Below, piece after piece: positions 10,701-23,753 of a DNA stretch of 64,000 nt. This DNA is from Nymphaea colorata. Taxonomy: Eukaryota. The first letter of the stretch is position 1. Each line of letters starts with the position of its first letter. The notes under the pieces are model-generated. The model was not told where the DNA came from, searched no databases, and saw nothing but the letters and a program-made list of their open reading frames with translations. The position numbers were made by a program, and so were the translations under genes. The DNA lies in the NCBI RefSeq assembly GCF_008831285.2, contig NC_045138.2:33232001-33296000 (forward strand). The letters are read 5' to 3'.

Positions 10701-12350
10701 AAACTTCAGACCAAAAATCAAACTCAAATCCAGATTTCAATCCCTAAAGCGAAAGTAAAACAGATTTGCTCTAAAACAAGGGCAGACTTTTCCAGTTCTT
10801 ATAGGTTCACAAACCCGGGTAAAAAAGACATTATATTGTAAAGATATGATACCAAAACTAAGCGCTTGTTAGCTCTATAGAAAAATAGAGGATTTCAGGA
10901 AACCAAAATTTACAATTTTTTTTAACAATTCAGAACAGTTTCTGTAAAAAAAAAAAGTACACAAAGTAGAAGTTCTAAAAGACGGATTTTCCTATTGACA
11001 TGAAGATCCGTTAAAATCACATCAAACTGTACTTACATGCAATAAGATCAAAAACATAAAACAGTTCTACTTCATTATGCTTGCAACCAAGATGAAAATA
11101 CAACTACAGTACGGAGCTTTCATAAGATGCATAAGAGCTGTCTACAAGGTTATCCACTATCCAGCATTGAAGTGTTCTTCTCACTTGTAGAAACCCACTA
11201 ACAAGATGCTGTTAACAAATATAAGTTACGAATCCGATCATACTGAATTGAAAATTACACCTGAAACTACTGTCAGGGTGAAGTTTCAAAACGTAAGCAT
11301 GTAATGCTCCAGTTAGTCAGACCTTAATTTTAGCATCAAAACTATTTCAAAAAACGCTTATTTTGAAGCTAGAATCAGGTGTATTTTATTTTCATGTCAG
11401 CAAAAAAAAAAAAAAAAAAAGTCCAGAACCTGTCGTTCTACACACATTACACTAATGACCGTGAGACCTTAAAACAGAGCTTGAACAGGAAAACGTTTCA
11501 AACTTTCAACCAAGCTCCTAATCGCACATTCAAAGCAAAGATTTCTCGAAAGATTACTCAACTTCTCCCTAAAACAGCCTGCGTTTGCGATTTACGAATC
11601 GTCCTTATAGAAGCGTTTGAATTATCGCAAAACATGTGTTATCCGCTCATGTCTGAAATATTGCAAAACCACGTTCTGCTGCCAAATTCTCTTAAAACAA
11701 AACCTTGTGGGGTTTCATTCCTGGAACAGAGTGTAAGCCCTAAAACGGTCGCCAGAAAACGAAAAGACCCTTTTCCGGTCACAAAAAATAAAAGCCCTTA
11801 GAAACACAACGATGCAAAACAAACAAACAAACAAACAAACAAAAAAGGAAATCAGGGAATCAGAACCTCGCGAAACAAAAAGCTGGATGCCTGAGGATTA
11901 AAATCACAAGCAACTAGAGGCAGGTAATCTGAAGTAATCAGGGAATCTACTTCATCGCAGAGGGGAGAGAGAGAAACCTGCAGCCCGTGGAAATCTCAGA
12001 GCTTTCCGTTGATGGTGAATACGATGAGAGGGACGAAGAGCTCCAGCGTCTTCTTAACAAGTCCATTTTAAAGCAGGCTTGGGGATGAGCTTTGAAGACC
12101 TTCACCGCAGCCCGAACACGAAGCAGATGCCACCAGACGATAACTGTTAGTCACCGAGGTTGTCCGCTCACCCACGAAGCTGCAGGAGTAGAGCAGGGAG
12201 GTGCGATGAGGGAAGCTGCAGGATTAGACCAGGGAGGTGCGATGAGGGAAGCTGCAGGGCAAGGAAGAGGGGAAACATGTTTGGAAATCACCTCAACGGA
12301 CAATCTTTTTCATCTTATGTTTGACGGGCAGGAAAGAACTTGAAAAATTG
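7700..12350 (-). mobile_element. Probable non-coding remnant (LTR/UTR) of a large Ty3/gypsy element, Athila/Tat-Ogre type
   Basis: No host exons are seen. There are strongly strand-biased A-rich tracts and internal short tandem repeats. On the minus strand AAAAATGGGGTGT is followed by TTGGCTACCCGCTCG (8812-8798), resembling an LTR end plus a decayed TGGCGACTCCGCTGG-type PBS. Boundaries are approximate. Confidence 0.3.
9279..9380. repeat. Perfect 34-bp tandem triplication
   Basis: TGACTGAGAAACAAGACTAGTCAATTTTGCAAAA x3. Confidence 0.95.
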
Positions 12351-13559
12351 AATCTTATTATTTATTTGGTAGCCATGGAACGTAATGGAAAAACGGAAAT
12401 AGAAAGAAAGTGAATCTTCTCTTGCCCGATTTAAGCGTTTCAAGAAAAAGACAGATTTGAGAAAAAAATACTGTATTTATTCAAAAAAAATTATTTAAAA
12501 AATAAACATTGCATTTCCAGCAATTCATGAGTAACTTGGGATGAAATTAAACATTTTAAATTTTATAAAATCGTAGTATTTAAACAAGCAAAAGCGCTTA
12601 TCCAAATATGTAGCTTGAAACTTTGAAGACTACCTATGTCACATTGTTATATATAAAATTTTAAAATGCACATTTAGTTGATGATTAAAAAGAAAATTGC
12701 TGAAAGGTATGTCGGTATACTCCGTCCATTTGGTGCCACGACGCAGGCAAGCATCAGTTATTGTGGGAAATTGTTCACACGGATCCCAATCAAACTTTTC
12801 ATTTTTCATATGAATATTTCAGAGCAATTTTCATAATTTATATATTAATAACTCCTAACAATTTACAAGATGCTGTTAGCTCCGGTTTTTTAGAAGCTCC
12901 GAGTGCCTTTTTCTGTTTTATTCAATGTACGTGCATAATTGCTGTTTCTTTAGTTATCTTTACATATGAAACCATATATTAGTTTTAAGTTAAATGAAGC
13001 ATTGACGAAAAATCTGAATGGTGGTAACGATTATGTAATATTTGGAACAAAAGTTTCAAAGCGTTCAAGATTCGTCGCCTAATTTCAAATGATGGTAGCT
13101 GAATTTTGGAATTGTTTTTAACCCTATGATATATCCATCAGAATTCTTATAAAATTGCAGAACAAATATATTTAATATTTCTGACGGTTTTCTTACTTCC
13201 AACCATATCATAATTATTTATCGGTGGATTCATTTTAAAGGAAAACAACAACAAAAACAAGAAAACTCAGAGGAAAACAACAAAAAGAAAATTCGACGGA
13301 GTTTGGGGGAAATGGGAGGTTGTCTTTGATTAAGTTATGGTGCATACACGTAAAAAAACTTTAGAAATTAATGGCCTGCAAATAACATTTTTCATAAAAA
13401 ACTCTATGGTCCCCGGGCTGCACAACGAATCGAACTCGACTTGTTTTTCATATGAGTCGAGCTCGACTTGTATAAATAAGAGTCGAGCTTGGGCTTAATT
13501 ATTTTACATTAATTACCAAATCAATTACTGGATGAAGGAACCATAAACACATTGCCCTT

Positions 13560-15250
13560 AATACATCAAGGTGAGATCCTTATTACCAAAACCTTCCATC
13601 CATAAGACCTATCCAATCTACACTGCACATGTCATGCCAGCCCTATTGTAAAAACATATTTAGGATCTTCTTCAAGATGAAGATTGCAGTCTGTTGCAAA
13701 TTAAAAGAAGACCGGACATGAATGCCGATTTGGGGAGTGCCAATTTTTGTCCTCTTCCCCTCTCATCGCATTAGTCTTTCTTTGATGGCCATTTTCTATT
13801 AACCACTACCTGTCTGAGACTGCAAAATGCCTACTCTACAGCTAGAGGGAGGGGTTTGGACTGAGGCACAGCCCAAAAACTTCAAAGCACTTGTTATCAA
13901 CTGTTTTAACAAAGCCACATAAAATCCAGTATTCATGATGAACAAGTTTTCTACAAGACAGAAAAGTAGGGTTCCATGCGCCAACAATACAAACAGGAAA
14001 AAATTCATCGCATTCATTAGTGGGCTATGAAATGGACGACCCGATGGGCTTGCTTGCGGATTTCCCTTTGTGATGACATGCTTCATCCGTAGATACGCAA
14101 AACGCAGGCATTCTGCTCCACTTCCAGCCTTTGTCAAATCTTTCCTAATAGAATTTAGCATCCTGCTTATTACTCGGAATTGAGATGCAATTACCATAAC
14201 TGGGTCGCATCTTTGCCAGATCCAAGTCGATATTTGAGTGGCGAGCATGAATTCGATTGGATGGTTGAAAAATTAAATCAGAAGTAGGATCTGCACAAGT
14301 CATTTGTACACGTGCTTGCTTACGGGTAGGTGAAACCATGCATCCGTAGATCTTGGCTGAGACAACAAGCCGCTGGCTATCTGTGGAAAAATAGTTCGTA
14401 CAGCTACCTGTTCTGAGGAATTAGCTCATCATTCTTCTGAGCAAGAAATCCAAACCCCTTCTTCTTCTTCTTCTCTAAAGCCGACCACCAAATCATGGAA
14501 GGCAGAATGAAGCGACCTTAATGGGCTGTTGGCTGAGCATCCCTTGGTCTTCATATAGATAATGCCACTAGTATTGATTTTCCTCAACAGCTTTAGTACT
14601 CAGGTCAACAGTATTGGCTCCACTACGTACGCTCATCTTTCTCCAAACAAATTGCTGCTGTCGTTCAGTGAACGAGAAATAAAACTGGGTATTAAGGGAT
14701 TAGCGGGTTGGCGTGCGCCAAGGTTCGATGGGTTTGGAGTGGATTTATTCTATAGTTTCTGGGGCACTATTAAACAAGATCTTACGTGCTTTATTCTATG
14801 AGTTTTGTGGAAACTGTAAACTGCCGTGAGCCTTCCACATTACTGTGATCCTCACGCTGCTTCCGAAGTCGAATGATGCTCCACACATTAGTTATTCCTG
14901 CAGCTATATACCTTACTGTTGCCAAGGTTCTTGCTAATCAGATCGGGGAGGTCATGTCCAAATTGCTATCACCTAGCTATGTCTAGGATACAGAACTCGT
15001 TCACTCAATGGAAAATGGTGGTCGTCATTTTTGTCCTCAAGGTAGCGGATCCGAATAATGCTAGCTAGCTTATGAAGTTGCAGTAGCCCTCCTTAATTCG
15101 TCCTTAAGGTCAATTTTGAAATACAATCAAGAACCTTTTCACGATAACGACATAAAAACCAAAGTAATACATCAGGAAAGTGAACTCATCGTCATCCCAA
15201 AGGATCCAAAGGTCGTCCAAGAAGGAGGTAGTGCGAGTCAATAGGTACGG
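13560..15250 (-). mobile_element. Highly decayed L1-type LINE (ORF1 and endonuclease traces)
   Basis: Minus-strand traces D/NAMRGEEDKN (cf. GDFNA.R...EK.GG) near 13750, CRLDRSY (cf. RLDR) near 13610, and VHFPDVLLWF / FKIDLKD (ORF1-like) near 15100-15190. Many stops and frameshifts. Confidence 0.35.
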
Positions 15251-15866
15251 GATAAGACAATTGAACTTGTGTTTTAGGTATTGTGGAATTTATTGTGCTG
15301 CAAAAGAAGAGGTATTGGTCTGCAAATTAAAGGACAGCAGAAATGTTACCCTGAGAAGGCGTTAAACTCACACCTTGGGGGATGTGAAAGGGGGTTTCAT
15401 ATGGTAGTAGGATAAAAATCCCACTCATCACTCCGAAATTTGTGAAACCTACCTTTCATTTTTTTTTCTTCGACTTTTCCTGTAAATTTGATGACATGTT
15501 ACAATTGGTTCATGAAATGAAATGGAAAGATGTCTAGTAAGGGAAGAATGAAAGGGAATTAAAATCATTGAGATCCCGCATTCAGGAAAGATAATGACGC
15601 TACTGATCAATAAATAAGCATGTGCATTGATGCCATCAGAGCCAGCAATTCCACAAGAACTGAAGTTGCTTATTGGCACATACAATTACTTATTGATACC
15701 AGAAAGAAAAAAAAACAAGACAAAAACAAAAATAAAAGAACCGAAGGCGCCACTAGGATCAGTAGCTAGCATAGGCATACCTTGGAAACAACAGCAAATA
15801 AATAAAAGGCACACCCTTATTCTGCTGATGATGTTCAGTTTGCAGCGGACGTGTTTACTGCATATC

Positions 15867-17375
15867 TTAAAGGAGTTGAGCTCGCTGGGTGAGAAGGAGA
15901 CGAGCTTGCTCTTGTATGACTGTCCAAGCTGCACGAACATGGCGCTCCTCCGTCAAGGTCGCGCCTATCGCAAATCGAAGTATGTAAGCACCAGCAGCAA
16001 CAGTATGAGTCATGTAAAGTTTCCCAGTAGAGTTAACCGCCTCCAGCAGCTTATGATTCATCATCGATCGCAGGCGCTCACTGTCGGACCTAAGCCTGAA
16101 GCAGACTAATGCAAATCTTCTAGGTGCCGCAACCTCGAACCGCTCATCTGCCTTCACTAGCTTCTCAAAGACCATGGCAAGCATGACATCACTTCGTATA
16201 TGCTCTTTGAGTTTGTCCATGCCATAGGCCCTGATTACAAGCCACAGCTTGATGGATCGGAATCGCCGGCTCAGAGCTATTTGCCAGTCTTTATAGTCGA
16301 TAACCTTCTTGCATTCACTGGCAGAATTCCTGAGGTACTCAGGGTTGGTGGACAATGCACTCACAAATGTAGTAGTGTTTTTTATCCAAAGGCAACAGCA
16401 GTCCATGTTGGTAAGAAACCATTTGTGAAGATTCATACTGATGGAGCTTGCGTGTTCCACCCCGTCCAAGTGGTGCCTGAACTCGGGGCATATGCATGCA
16501 CTTCCAGCATAAGCAGCGTCTACATGGAGCCACGCTCCATATCGTTTAGCTATGAGGCCAAGGTCCTCCAGCGGATCCACAGCACCAACACCAGTAGTGC
16601 CAATTGTGGCACACAGGTAGAAAGGGATCAAGCCTTTTGCTATATCATCAGCCATGGCTGCCTGAACTGCAAGCGGCTGTAGGCTATATCCGGTGGCAGC
16701 GGATGTGGGCAGCGACCTAAAATTCTGAGGACTGATTCCAACGATTCTAGCACCCTTTTCTAAGGCGGAGTGTGTTTGGTCAGAGCCATAAACCAGAAGC
16801 TTGGTGATGTTGTGGAACCCAACTTTGCTTAGGACTTTATCCCTAGCAGCGACCAGGGTACAGACAATTGCTTCGCAAGTGCTTCCATGGAGAACCCCAC
16901 CTCCTCCATGGCTGGCATTATTAGTAGGGAACATGAATGCAGGTGGGAGTTTAAGCATTTGAGCCATCCAGTCCATTACGATGGTCTCGAGCTCGGTCGC
17001 AGCGGGAGACGAGACCCAATTAAGTCCGACGACGTTGAAACCTCCGCAAAGCATATCTCCTAGGAACCCAGCTGTGCTAGCATTGGTTTGGAAGTAGGCA
17101 AAGAAATTGGGGCTCTGCCAATGTGTTAGGCCAGGGATGATACTGTTCTTGACGTCAAGAAGAATTTTCTCAATGGACTCTGGATAAGTCGGGAAGGTTT
17201 CCGGCAATTGCCTTCGCAGATAACCAGGTTCGACGGGGCTGAGCACTGGGTAGTCCTCAATGTGCTTATAATAGTCGGCTATGAAATCGACGACTCGATG
17301 GGCTTGTTGACAGAATTCCTGAGAGTCCAGCAGTCTAACACTTTCTTTGGCGTCAATACTGGTGGGGATGGCCAT
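15867..17375 (-). CDS. TYDC: Aromatic L-amino-acid decarboxylase, tyrosine/DOPA decarboxylase type, intronless, 502 aa
   Basis: Complete ORF with group II PLP decarboxylase motifs: [52 protein letters not shown]-lysine NLHK318W, and [15 protein letters not shown]. Confidence 0.95.
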   Translation of the reverse strand: MAIPTSIDAKESVRLLDSQEFCQQAHRVVDFIADYYKHIEDYPVLSPVEPGYLRRQLPETFPTYPESIEKILLDVKNSIIPGLTHWQSPNFFAYFQTNASTAGFLGDMLCGGFNVVGLNWVSSPAATELETIVMDWMAQMLKLPPAFMFPTNNASHGGGGVLHGSTCEAIVCTLVAARDKVLSKVGFHNITKLLVYGSDQTHSALEKGARIVGISPQNFRSLPTSAATGYSLQPLAVQAAMADDIAKGLIPFYLCATIGTTGVGAVDPLEDLGLIAKRYGAWLHVDAAYAGSACICPEFRHHLDGVEHASSISMNLHKWFLTNMDCCCLWIKNTTTFVSALSTNPEYLRNSASECKKVIDYKDWQIALSRRFRSIKLWLVIRAYGMDKLKEHIRSDVMLAMVFEKLVKADERFEVAAPRRFALVCFRLRSDSERLRSMMNHKLLEAVNSTGKLYMTHTVAAGAYILRFAIGATLTEERHVRAAWTVIQEQARLLLTQRAQLL

Positions 17376-17620
17376 GTCAAAATAAAGAAAAAGGAAGAGT
17401 AGGGATGGTTCAGGGATGCTGCAGAGAAGGTGGCAATGGTTTCTTTTTCTTACTGGAAGCTAGAGCGAATTAAGAAGGATGGTGGTGGTGTAGTGAGGTG
17501 CTTCGGCGGTGGGAGAAATTGTTAGCACGCACAGCGGAAATGAGATAGAACAGGAGCAGAGGATATGTATTCTATTAACAGCAGGTGAGAGCTTGTGCTA
17601 TACAATGGGTAATGGTGCCC

Positions 17621-17627
17621 TTATATA
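17621..17627 (-). promoter_or_regulatory. Probable TATA box of the decarboxylase gene
   Basis: CTATATAAG on the minus strand ~250 bp upstream of the ATG, followed by a pyrimidine-rich leader. Confidence 0.55.
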
Positions 17628-17934
17628 GAAGAAAAAGAATCAAGAATCATACGACCAAAAATCAAAGCTGACTTTGTTTCTTTTCGTTTGAGAAGGAGGA
17701 GTTCAGTTGCCGGCACTTTTAATCTGTGCATGCTTTCCATTTAATTAACTCAGCCTCATGACATACATATTTTAGGTTTTTAACTTAATTTTTTCATTCC
17801 TTTCTCACGTTATTTCTTTTAAATGATCTTTTCTTGAATGTTTGTTCAGTGGGAAGCGCAAGCTTCTTGATACAAGGTGCTTCTTGTATCGTTATCCCCC
17901 TGATGCAGAAATCCTCTCTGCTGTTAGTGGTAGT

Positions 17935-18250
17935 TAGGGCTATCGACCAATCGGATTGGAATTAGATATATATATTAATTATATCCATTTCTTTTATACT
18001 CAAACATTGGATTCAAATATGAACGAAGAAAACTTATGTCCAAATCTAAATCCACAAATTCGATTTCACAAGCTGAATCTGTTTGGAATTTGATTTTTAT
18101 ATTTACATCTGAATCCCAACTCAAATTTTGAGCCGAATCCATAACTGATTTTCATAATGTAAAGTGTTGTTTATGAAATGTTTGTGTAAAATAAATTTGA
18201 GATGTCATTTATTAAATCCAAATCTGAAACGATTTCTTAATTTAGACCAA
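17935..18250. mobile_element. Non-autonomous DNA-transposon/MITE family copy A
   Basis: Colinear with 43932-44250 (TAGGGCTATCGACCAATCGGATTGG vs TAAGGATGTCAACCGATTGGATTC; shared AAATATGAAC and repeated GAATCC/CGAATC motifs). Confidence 0.5.
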
Positions 18251-20951
18251 AAATCCCGCTCATTGAAGTCGTAGACGTTCGACCCTTAGCTAGGAAGGTC
18301 ATCATTCTGAGCAAGAAATCCAAAAGAGTGCGGAGGCATTAAATAATTGAAGGGCGTCGCCAATTAAATGTGGTGACCGTCGTATGTGGCTTTTTCATCA
18401 GATGGGATCCCACAGGCTCTGAAAATGTTGGTCCTTTCCATGACATCTGATGTTCATGTCAAGGCCAATCAAATAATTGATTTTCCCTATCAGCTTAAGT
18501 ACAGAGGTAAGCAGCATTGAGCCATTGCCCTCGATATCATGGATCTCAAGAATGCATATGAAATTGCAGTGGCCCTTCTTATTTCGTTCTTAAGGTAATT
18601 TTTAAATGCAATGAAGGACTTTTTTCTCGATAAGAACATAAAAATGGCGGATCATGTATCCATCTGTAATTGACATTACCATTCGCAAGGCTTTTAATAT
18701 TTTCAGTACTGTTTGGGGTGTAAAAGATACGGTTAACGATAGTCTAGGGGCAGTTGTTAAAGATAAAAGGCACTAAAATTCGAGAGGATAGATTGAGCAA
18801 TTTAAATTACTTTTAATTTATCTTGTTCATTAAGAAAGCTCTTAGATGATTTTTTTTTTTTTTTTTTTGCACCAAGGATATATATGAAGAAAGAATCGTA
18901 CATAAAACTATTTTACGTTGTGTCATGTCTGGTGAAAACGCGTAAGCGAGTTTTGTGGCCGACAGTGTGATGAAAAGTTGAGGAAATGAAGCAAAAAGAC
19001 TAACATATTTTGAGCTTCCATTAAATGCTAAGGTGTTGGCTTTCAACAGGGTTTTAGGTTTTCTCATAAATGAATTTGCAGTGCTAAGATTCACCAAGAT
19101 TGAGATACAAGCGGCCATTAAAGCATATGTTGTCTGAAATAAGTTTCCTCCAGCAATGTCGTTTACAGTGATTCTCATAGGGATCAGCTTCTCCTGCAGG
19201 TGCCCATTTGTCCAAAAAAGGTCCTTTATCACGCAAATGCATTTTTCTGTCTTCTTCACCTCCTTCCACACACAATTCAGACACATCGATGCCCTATGAG
19301 GGGCGTTTGATTTGTTCATATTTTAAATCTGTGGATACATAGCATGTTTTTTTTTTTTTTTGCTAATATGACAAACAAAAAAAAAAGCAGATCTGTGGTC
19401 AGATTTATGATTCATCAAACCAATCTTATGTCAAACAAACCTAAGATCCACATTTAAACTTTGTTGTACCTTTTTGCAGTGGAAAAAAAAAACTTCTGAT
19501 TGAAGATCAGAAATGGTTCTCAGATATAAGAATTTTAGACCAGCAGCAATCATACACCATTTAGATACTGGAAGGGATGACAGGTAGGGAAGTGGCATCG
19601 ACGTTCTTGAAGATGCGCCCATTAGAACGAACTTACAAAACAAATGCTTGACTTCGATCTGCTTTTTAATTGTTTCTTTTCCTTCCGAATACATTTTTTG
19701 CTTCAAATCTTGAACTGTTTGTGCCCTTGTTCTCCACCCATATAAATGACAACAGCGTCAAGTCTTGCCAATTAAGCCACCTACGAACAGTACCCAAATT
19801 GTACATGCAGATCAAGCTCAAAAATTAAGTTTAAACCGGCTGAAAAGCAAGACCAATTTGTCGTGTCGTAACTTAGTTCCTCAATCGATAGTATTCAGGT
19901 AACAATAGCAAACAATTGATTGCAGTTGCATATAACTGCAAACGGGTATCAGCAATCTTCTTTTTTGAAGAAAATATTTGATGTCCTAGTGGTTCAGAAT
20001 TCCCCAGTTGAAACTCATACATTGGAAAGATTTATGAACCTATAAGAAAGAAAAGTTTTTTTAATGTTTAAATATTAATATTCATTAAAATAAACTGTTA
20101 AATGTTCTCGTTTTGGCTTATAAAATCTGATATTTACTAAAGGAAACATGTTTTTTTTTTTATGTGCATTCTTCTTACCGCATCAGGCATAGTTACCAAA
20201 ATGATTCAATGAGCGCCAAAAAACGGAAAAACATAGGCCGATTTGGACCTACAAACAATTTTTTTTTCCTTTTAAAATAAAGAATAAAACTACATTTTTA
20301 TGGAATCGGCCTTGTTATTTGTAACAAGAATGACAGTCTATTTAATATTGATATTCTGTCCATAAGTGAACAGTAATTAACCTCAGGATCTGTTTTGCAA
20401 AAATTCATAGAGAAGCAAAGATAGCAAGACCACGCCCTTGATTTTTAACTGTTTTGATGGAACTTTCTTTCTTTACTTAATTTTTATTTTTACTGCCTTC
20501 TCTCGACGATGGAAACATAAATTGAGCAACACCATAAAAATTGCTAAACAAATAGTGGCTAAAAGTTTTAAGTTTCAGAAAACTTTTAGTTGAACGCAAA
20601 AGAGGCCAATGAGTTCAATTAAAGTATGGAAGGAAAGCAGTCTATGGCCGTCCAGTATAGGAATGGAATATTCAAACCACACAAATTTGTCCATGCCAAG
20701 ATTGTTAACTGCACATCCAAAACAAACAAAGGAAGAACAAAAACTACAATATTTTGACAAAGCACACCGACAGCTTCAGATATATGGTTATGTTCCTGCT
20801 CCCAGGATACTTATTGCCTAATAATTATATATTACAGGAATGAAGGTGGATTACACGTAAAAACACAGTAAGTAACAGCTTCCCCCTTCAATTCAAACAC
20901 TGACTGTGGATTTTCTTCGCACCACTTGCAGTAGGGATTTGCGCCTGAATT

Positions 20952-22952
20952 TTAAGCCCACCATGGGGCTTCACCGGTTCTGAAGTCCGTCTCCACCCAA
21001 GGCACAAACACTACTTTACCATCATCAACATTTACATCAACATGTGCTAGAGCAAGGGACTGCAAACACAAACTCAGTGGTCACAAGGCCTCACACACAA
21101 TTTCCTACGAGAAATACAAGATAAGATGACACGGACACCAACACAAATTTTGTAACATTTGCAAATTCATCGATCGGTAGTCGCAACAGAAACTTTGTCA
21201 TTACTGTAAATTCTTAGGTCAATTGAAACAGCTGCCAGGAAAAAATCCAAGACTTCTTGATTGATTCACTTGTTTGAAATGTTTATTTCCTGTGGATGGG
21301 ATGAAGTCGCAAAGTTTTTCGGGGGAAAAGCATAGACACAAATTTGGTGCTCGAGAAAAGTCTTGCTAAATCTCATGATGTTCTAAGGCTCTCTGCTTTT
21401 GGCGAAATTCATGGCAAAATGCAACAAAATATGTAGAATATATATGAAAAGGAATAAGAATTATGAAAACTGAAGAGGTTTGAACGGTTTATCGGGCCAG
21501 GATCATGCCGAAGTATGATATTATTTTCAACAATGAAGGTGCTTTACATTTTTTAATATCATATCTTTATTTTCAATAAAACGACATATAGACTGCAAAA
21601 TTCTGAAAAAAAAAAAAATGATCGACTTGTCTCTGTATGGTCTATGATGCAATCTGACCAAAAAGAATACATAGGAAAAGACAAGTGAAAAGGTATTCCT
21701 TACCAGCGGTGCGGGACCGCGAACAACCTTCCCTTGGTTGTTGTACTGTGAACCATGGCAAGGACAGATGAACTTGTTCTCAGCTGAGTTCCATGGAACG
21801 ACGCAACCAAGGTGAGTGCATACGGCGTTGAGGCCATATGTTGCAAGCGTCCTGTCGTTCTCCACAACAAGGTAGGTCGGATCCCCCTGCATATCAAACA
21901 AGGTATGAAATACTGATTGCATCCATAGTTATAATCAGAGTGGAAAATGACAAGGCTAGACCACAATGAAATCAGAACACCACTGCATTACATAATGAAA
22001 TGATTTAAAGCCTAGAATGCTGAATATTTTTCGATCCATTGCTTGAAATTTGGTGTTATTGGAGACACATATGTCACAGAGCAAAGCACAATGAAGAATT
22101 TAAAAAAGTTACCTTCAACCCTTGAGCTAGCGTTCTGTCACCAGGCCCATGTGTCTTGAGCCACTCGGCTGCTACAATATCTTTTCCAAGGGCATCCTTT
22201 GCAAAAGTTCCGCTGCTGCCATCTCCAACCCTGCATTCCCACCAGAAAGACAGGGCATTTAACTATTTCTAGTCCTGAAAAATCAACTTCTTGAAACTTT
22301 CACAAATAATAACGGAATCATGATGCCTTAACGTATATCATTCTTGGCAATTCACAGAATTGAAAATTCCTTCGCCCTCTTGTCGACCCACATGACAAAA
22401 ACTTGTTGATCAAACTGGTGGGTGACTGACTTCCCACCAGTGAAAGTGATGCCTCGTCAAAAAACAGAGGACAAAATTTATCTTCGCCAACGTAAGTGAC
22501 GGAGATCAAGAAAGATAGAGAGAGAGAGAGAGAAATGTCCCACCCAGCAGGAACGAAGAAGGAGGCATAGGGAACGAGCATCCCTGCAGTGGGCAGGGAA
22601 ACCGCGCCGAGCAGTAGCAGGTTCATGAGCTGCCGCTTCCCCATGTCAGGCACCCGATCATCCGCCGTTACGCTCGCCAACTCACACACCACCATCCTCC
22701 TGCTCCTCCTCCTCCTCCATGCCGCTGCCGGCGGCTCTAGCGACGGCCTGAAGCCACGACCATACTTGGTGGAAGCCACCTGCAGATAATGATCACGAGT
22801 CGAGTTCACAACCCAAACCAACAGAGCAAGAGCAAAATCCAACTGACTTCAAATATTCCCCATGAAAACGATGAGTTGGGCAAGATGCATTTTCCATTTG
22901 ATCAGGGTACCTGAGAAGGAGAAAGAGTAGCAGATGCAGCTGTGGCAGCCAT
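20952..22952 (-). CDS. petC: Cytochrome b6f Rieske iron-sulfur subunit, chloroplast precursor, 228 aa, 5 exons
   Basis: Exons 22952-22911, 22779-22544, 22230-22113, 21886-21704 and 21059-20952, all GT-AG and in frame. Contains [18 protein letters not shown], Rieske boxes CTHLGC and CPCHGS, and C-terminal [11 protein letters not shown]. Confidence 0.97.
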
Positions 22953-23753
22953 GTCTGTGGTCAGTTACTTGATTTGTTCGCGGATGGTGAAGTGCGAGTC
23001 GTGAAGCGGTGTAAATAGTGGAAGTAAGGCGGTCGGCAGGAAGGAGAGTCGTGCAGGAGTTTGGTGCGGAGAGCAAGGGACAGGATGAGCTTCTGAATGG
23101 GAATCCATGGTCACGCACAGCCACATATTCGGGATCATCCGAGGGGACACTCCGACTCTGGAGCTTTTGTGGGCTGTTGCAGAGCCACAGGTGAAACACG
23201 CCGCCCTTCTTTTGAAGCAAGAAAAAGAAAGAAGGCAAAACAAGGTGGGGAAGCGAAAAACGAGTCCTCGTCCTAGTGGAAAATCACAATTTTGCTTTCT
23301 GTTTGTCAAATTCTTCTTTTATTGAACGTCAAGAAGAAAATGAATTTTTCAATTTCTTAGAGATCGTATTGCTGGCGGTTTTTAGCGTTCTAAAAGTTAA
23401 AGCCAGCCGAGACTGCTCCATCGTCGTATTTCCAAGTGCTTAGACGAAGTCATTTTTTCGTTACTTCTCAAAGACAGCCAAATGCTTGAAGTCAAATCGT
23501 TTTTCAGCAACTTACTTTTTTTGCAGGGATAATTTAATAATGAGTTGGATCTGAGCAGAATTTAAAATTTTCATTGGGTCATTGTTTACTGTAAAAAACT
23601 TTGACTCACTGATCTGAATTTTTCTAATTCACCCTTGTCCTCTTCACTCTTCTTCCATGGAAATCATCATATGGTTCATTTAAATTCTGAAGTGGCTTTT
23701 GGAAGCATTTCTTTTCTTCCAATAGTCCGCAACTTGCTGGCTAGAAAAACTAG

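Noticed and set aside
15627..16682. Plus-strand ORFs of 160 aa overlapping the decarboxylase
   Set aside because: Antisense shadows of a real CDS with no motifs. The same applies to antisense ORFs over 46.3-47.7 kb, 50.1-50.9 kb and 62.8-63.7 kb.
18813..19319. 168-aa minus-strand ORF
   Set aside because: It starts inside a Tourist-like MITE end (~19297-19441) and runs through a homopolymer tract; no family recognised.
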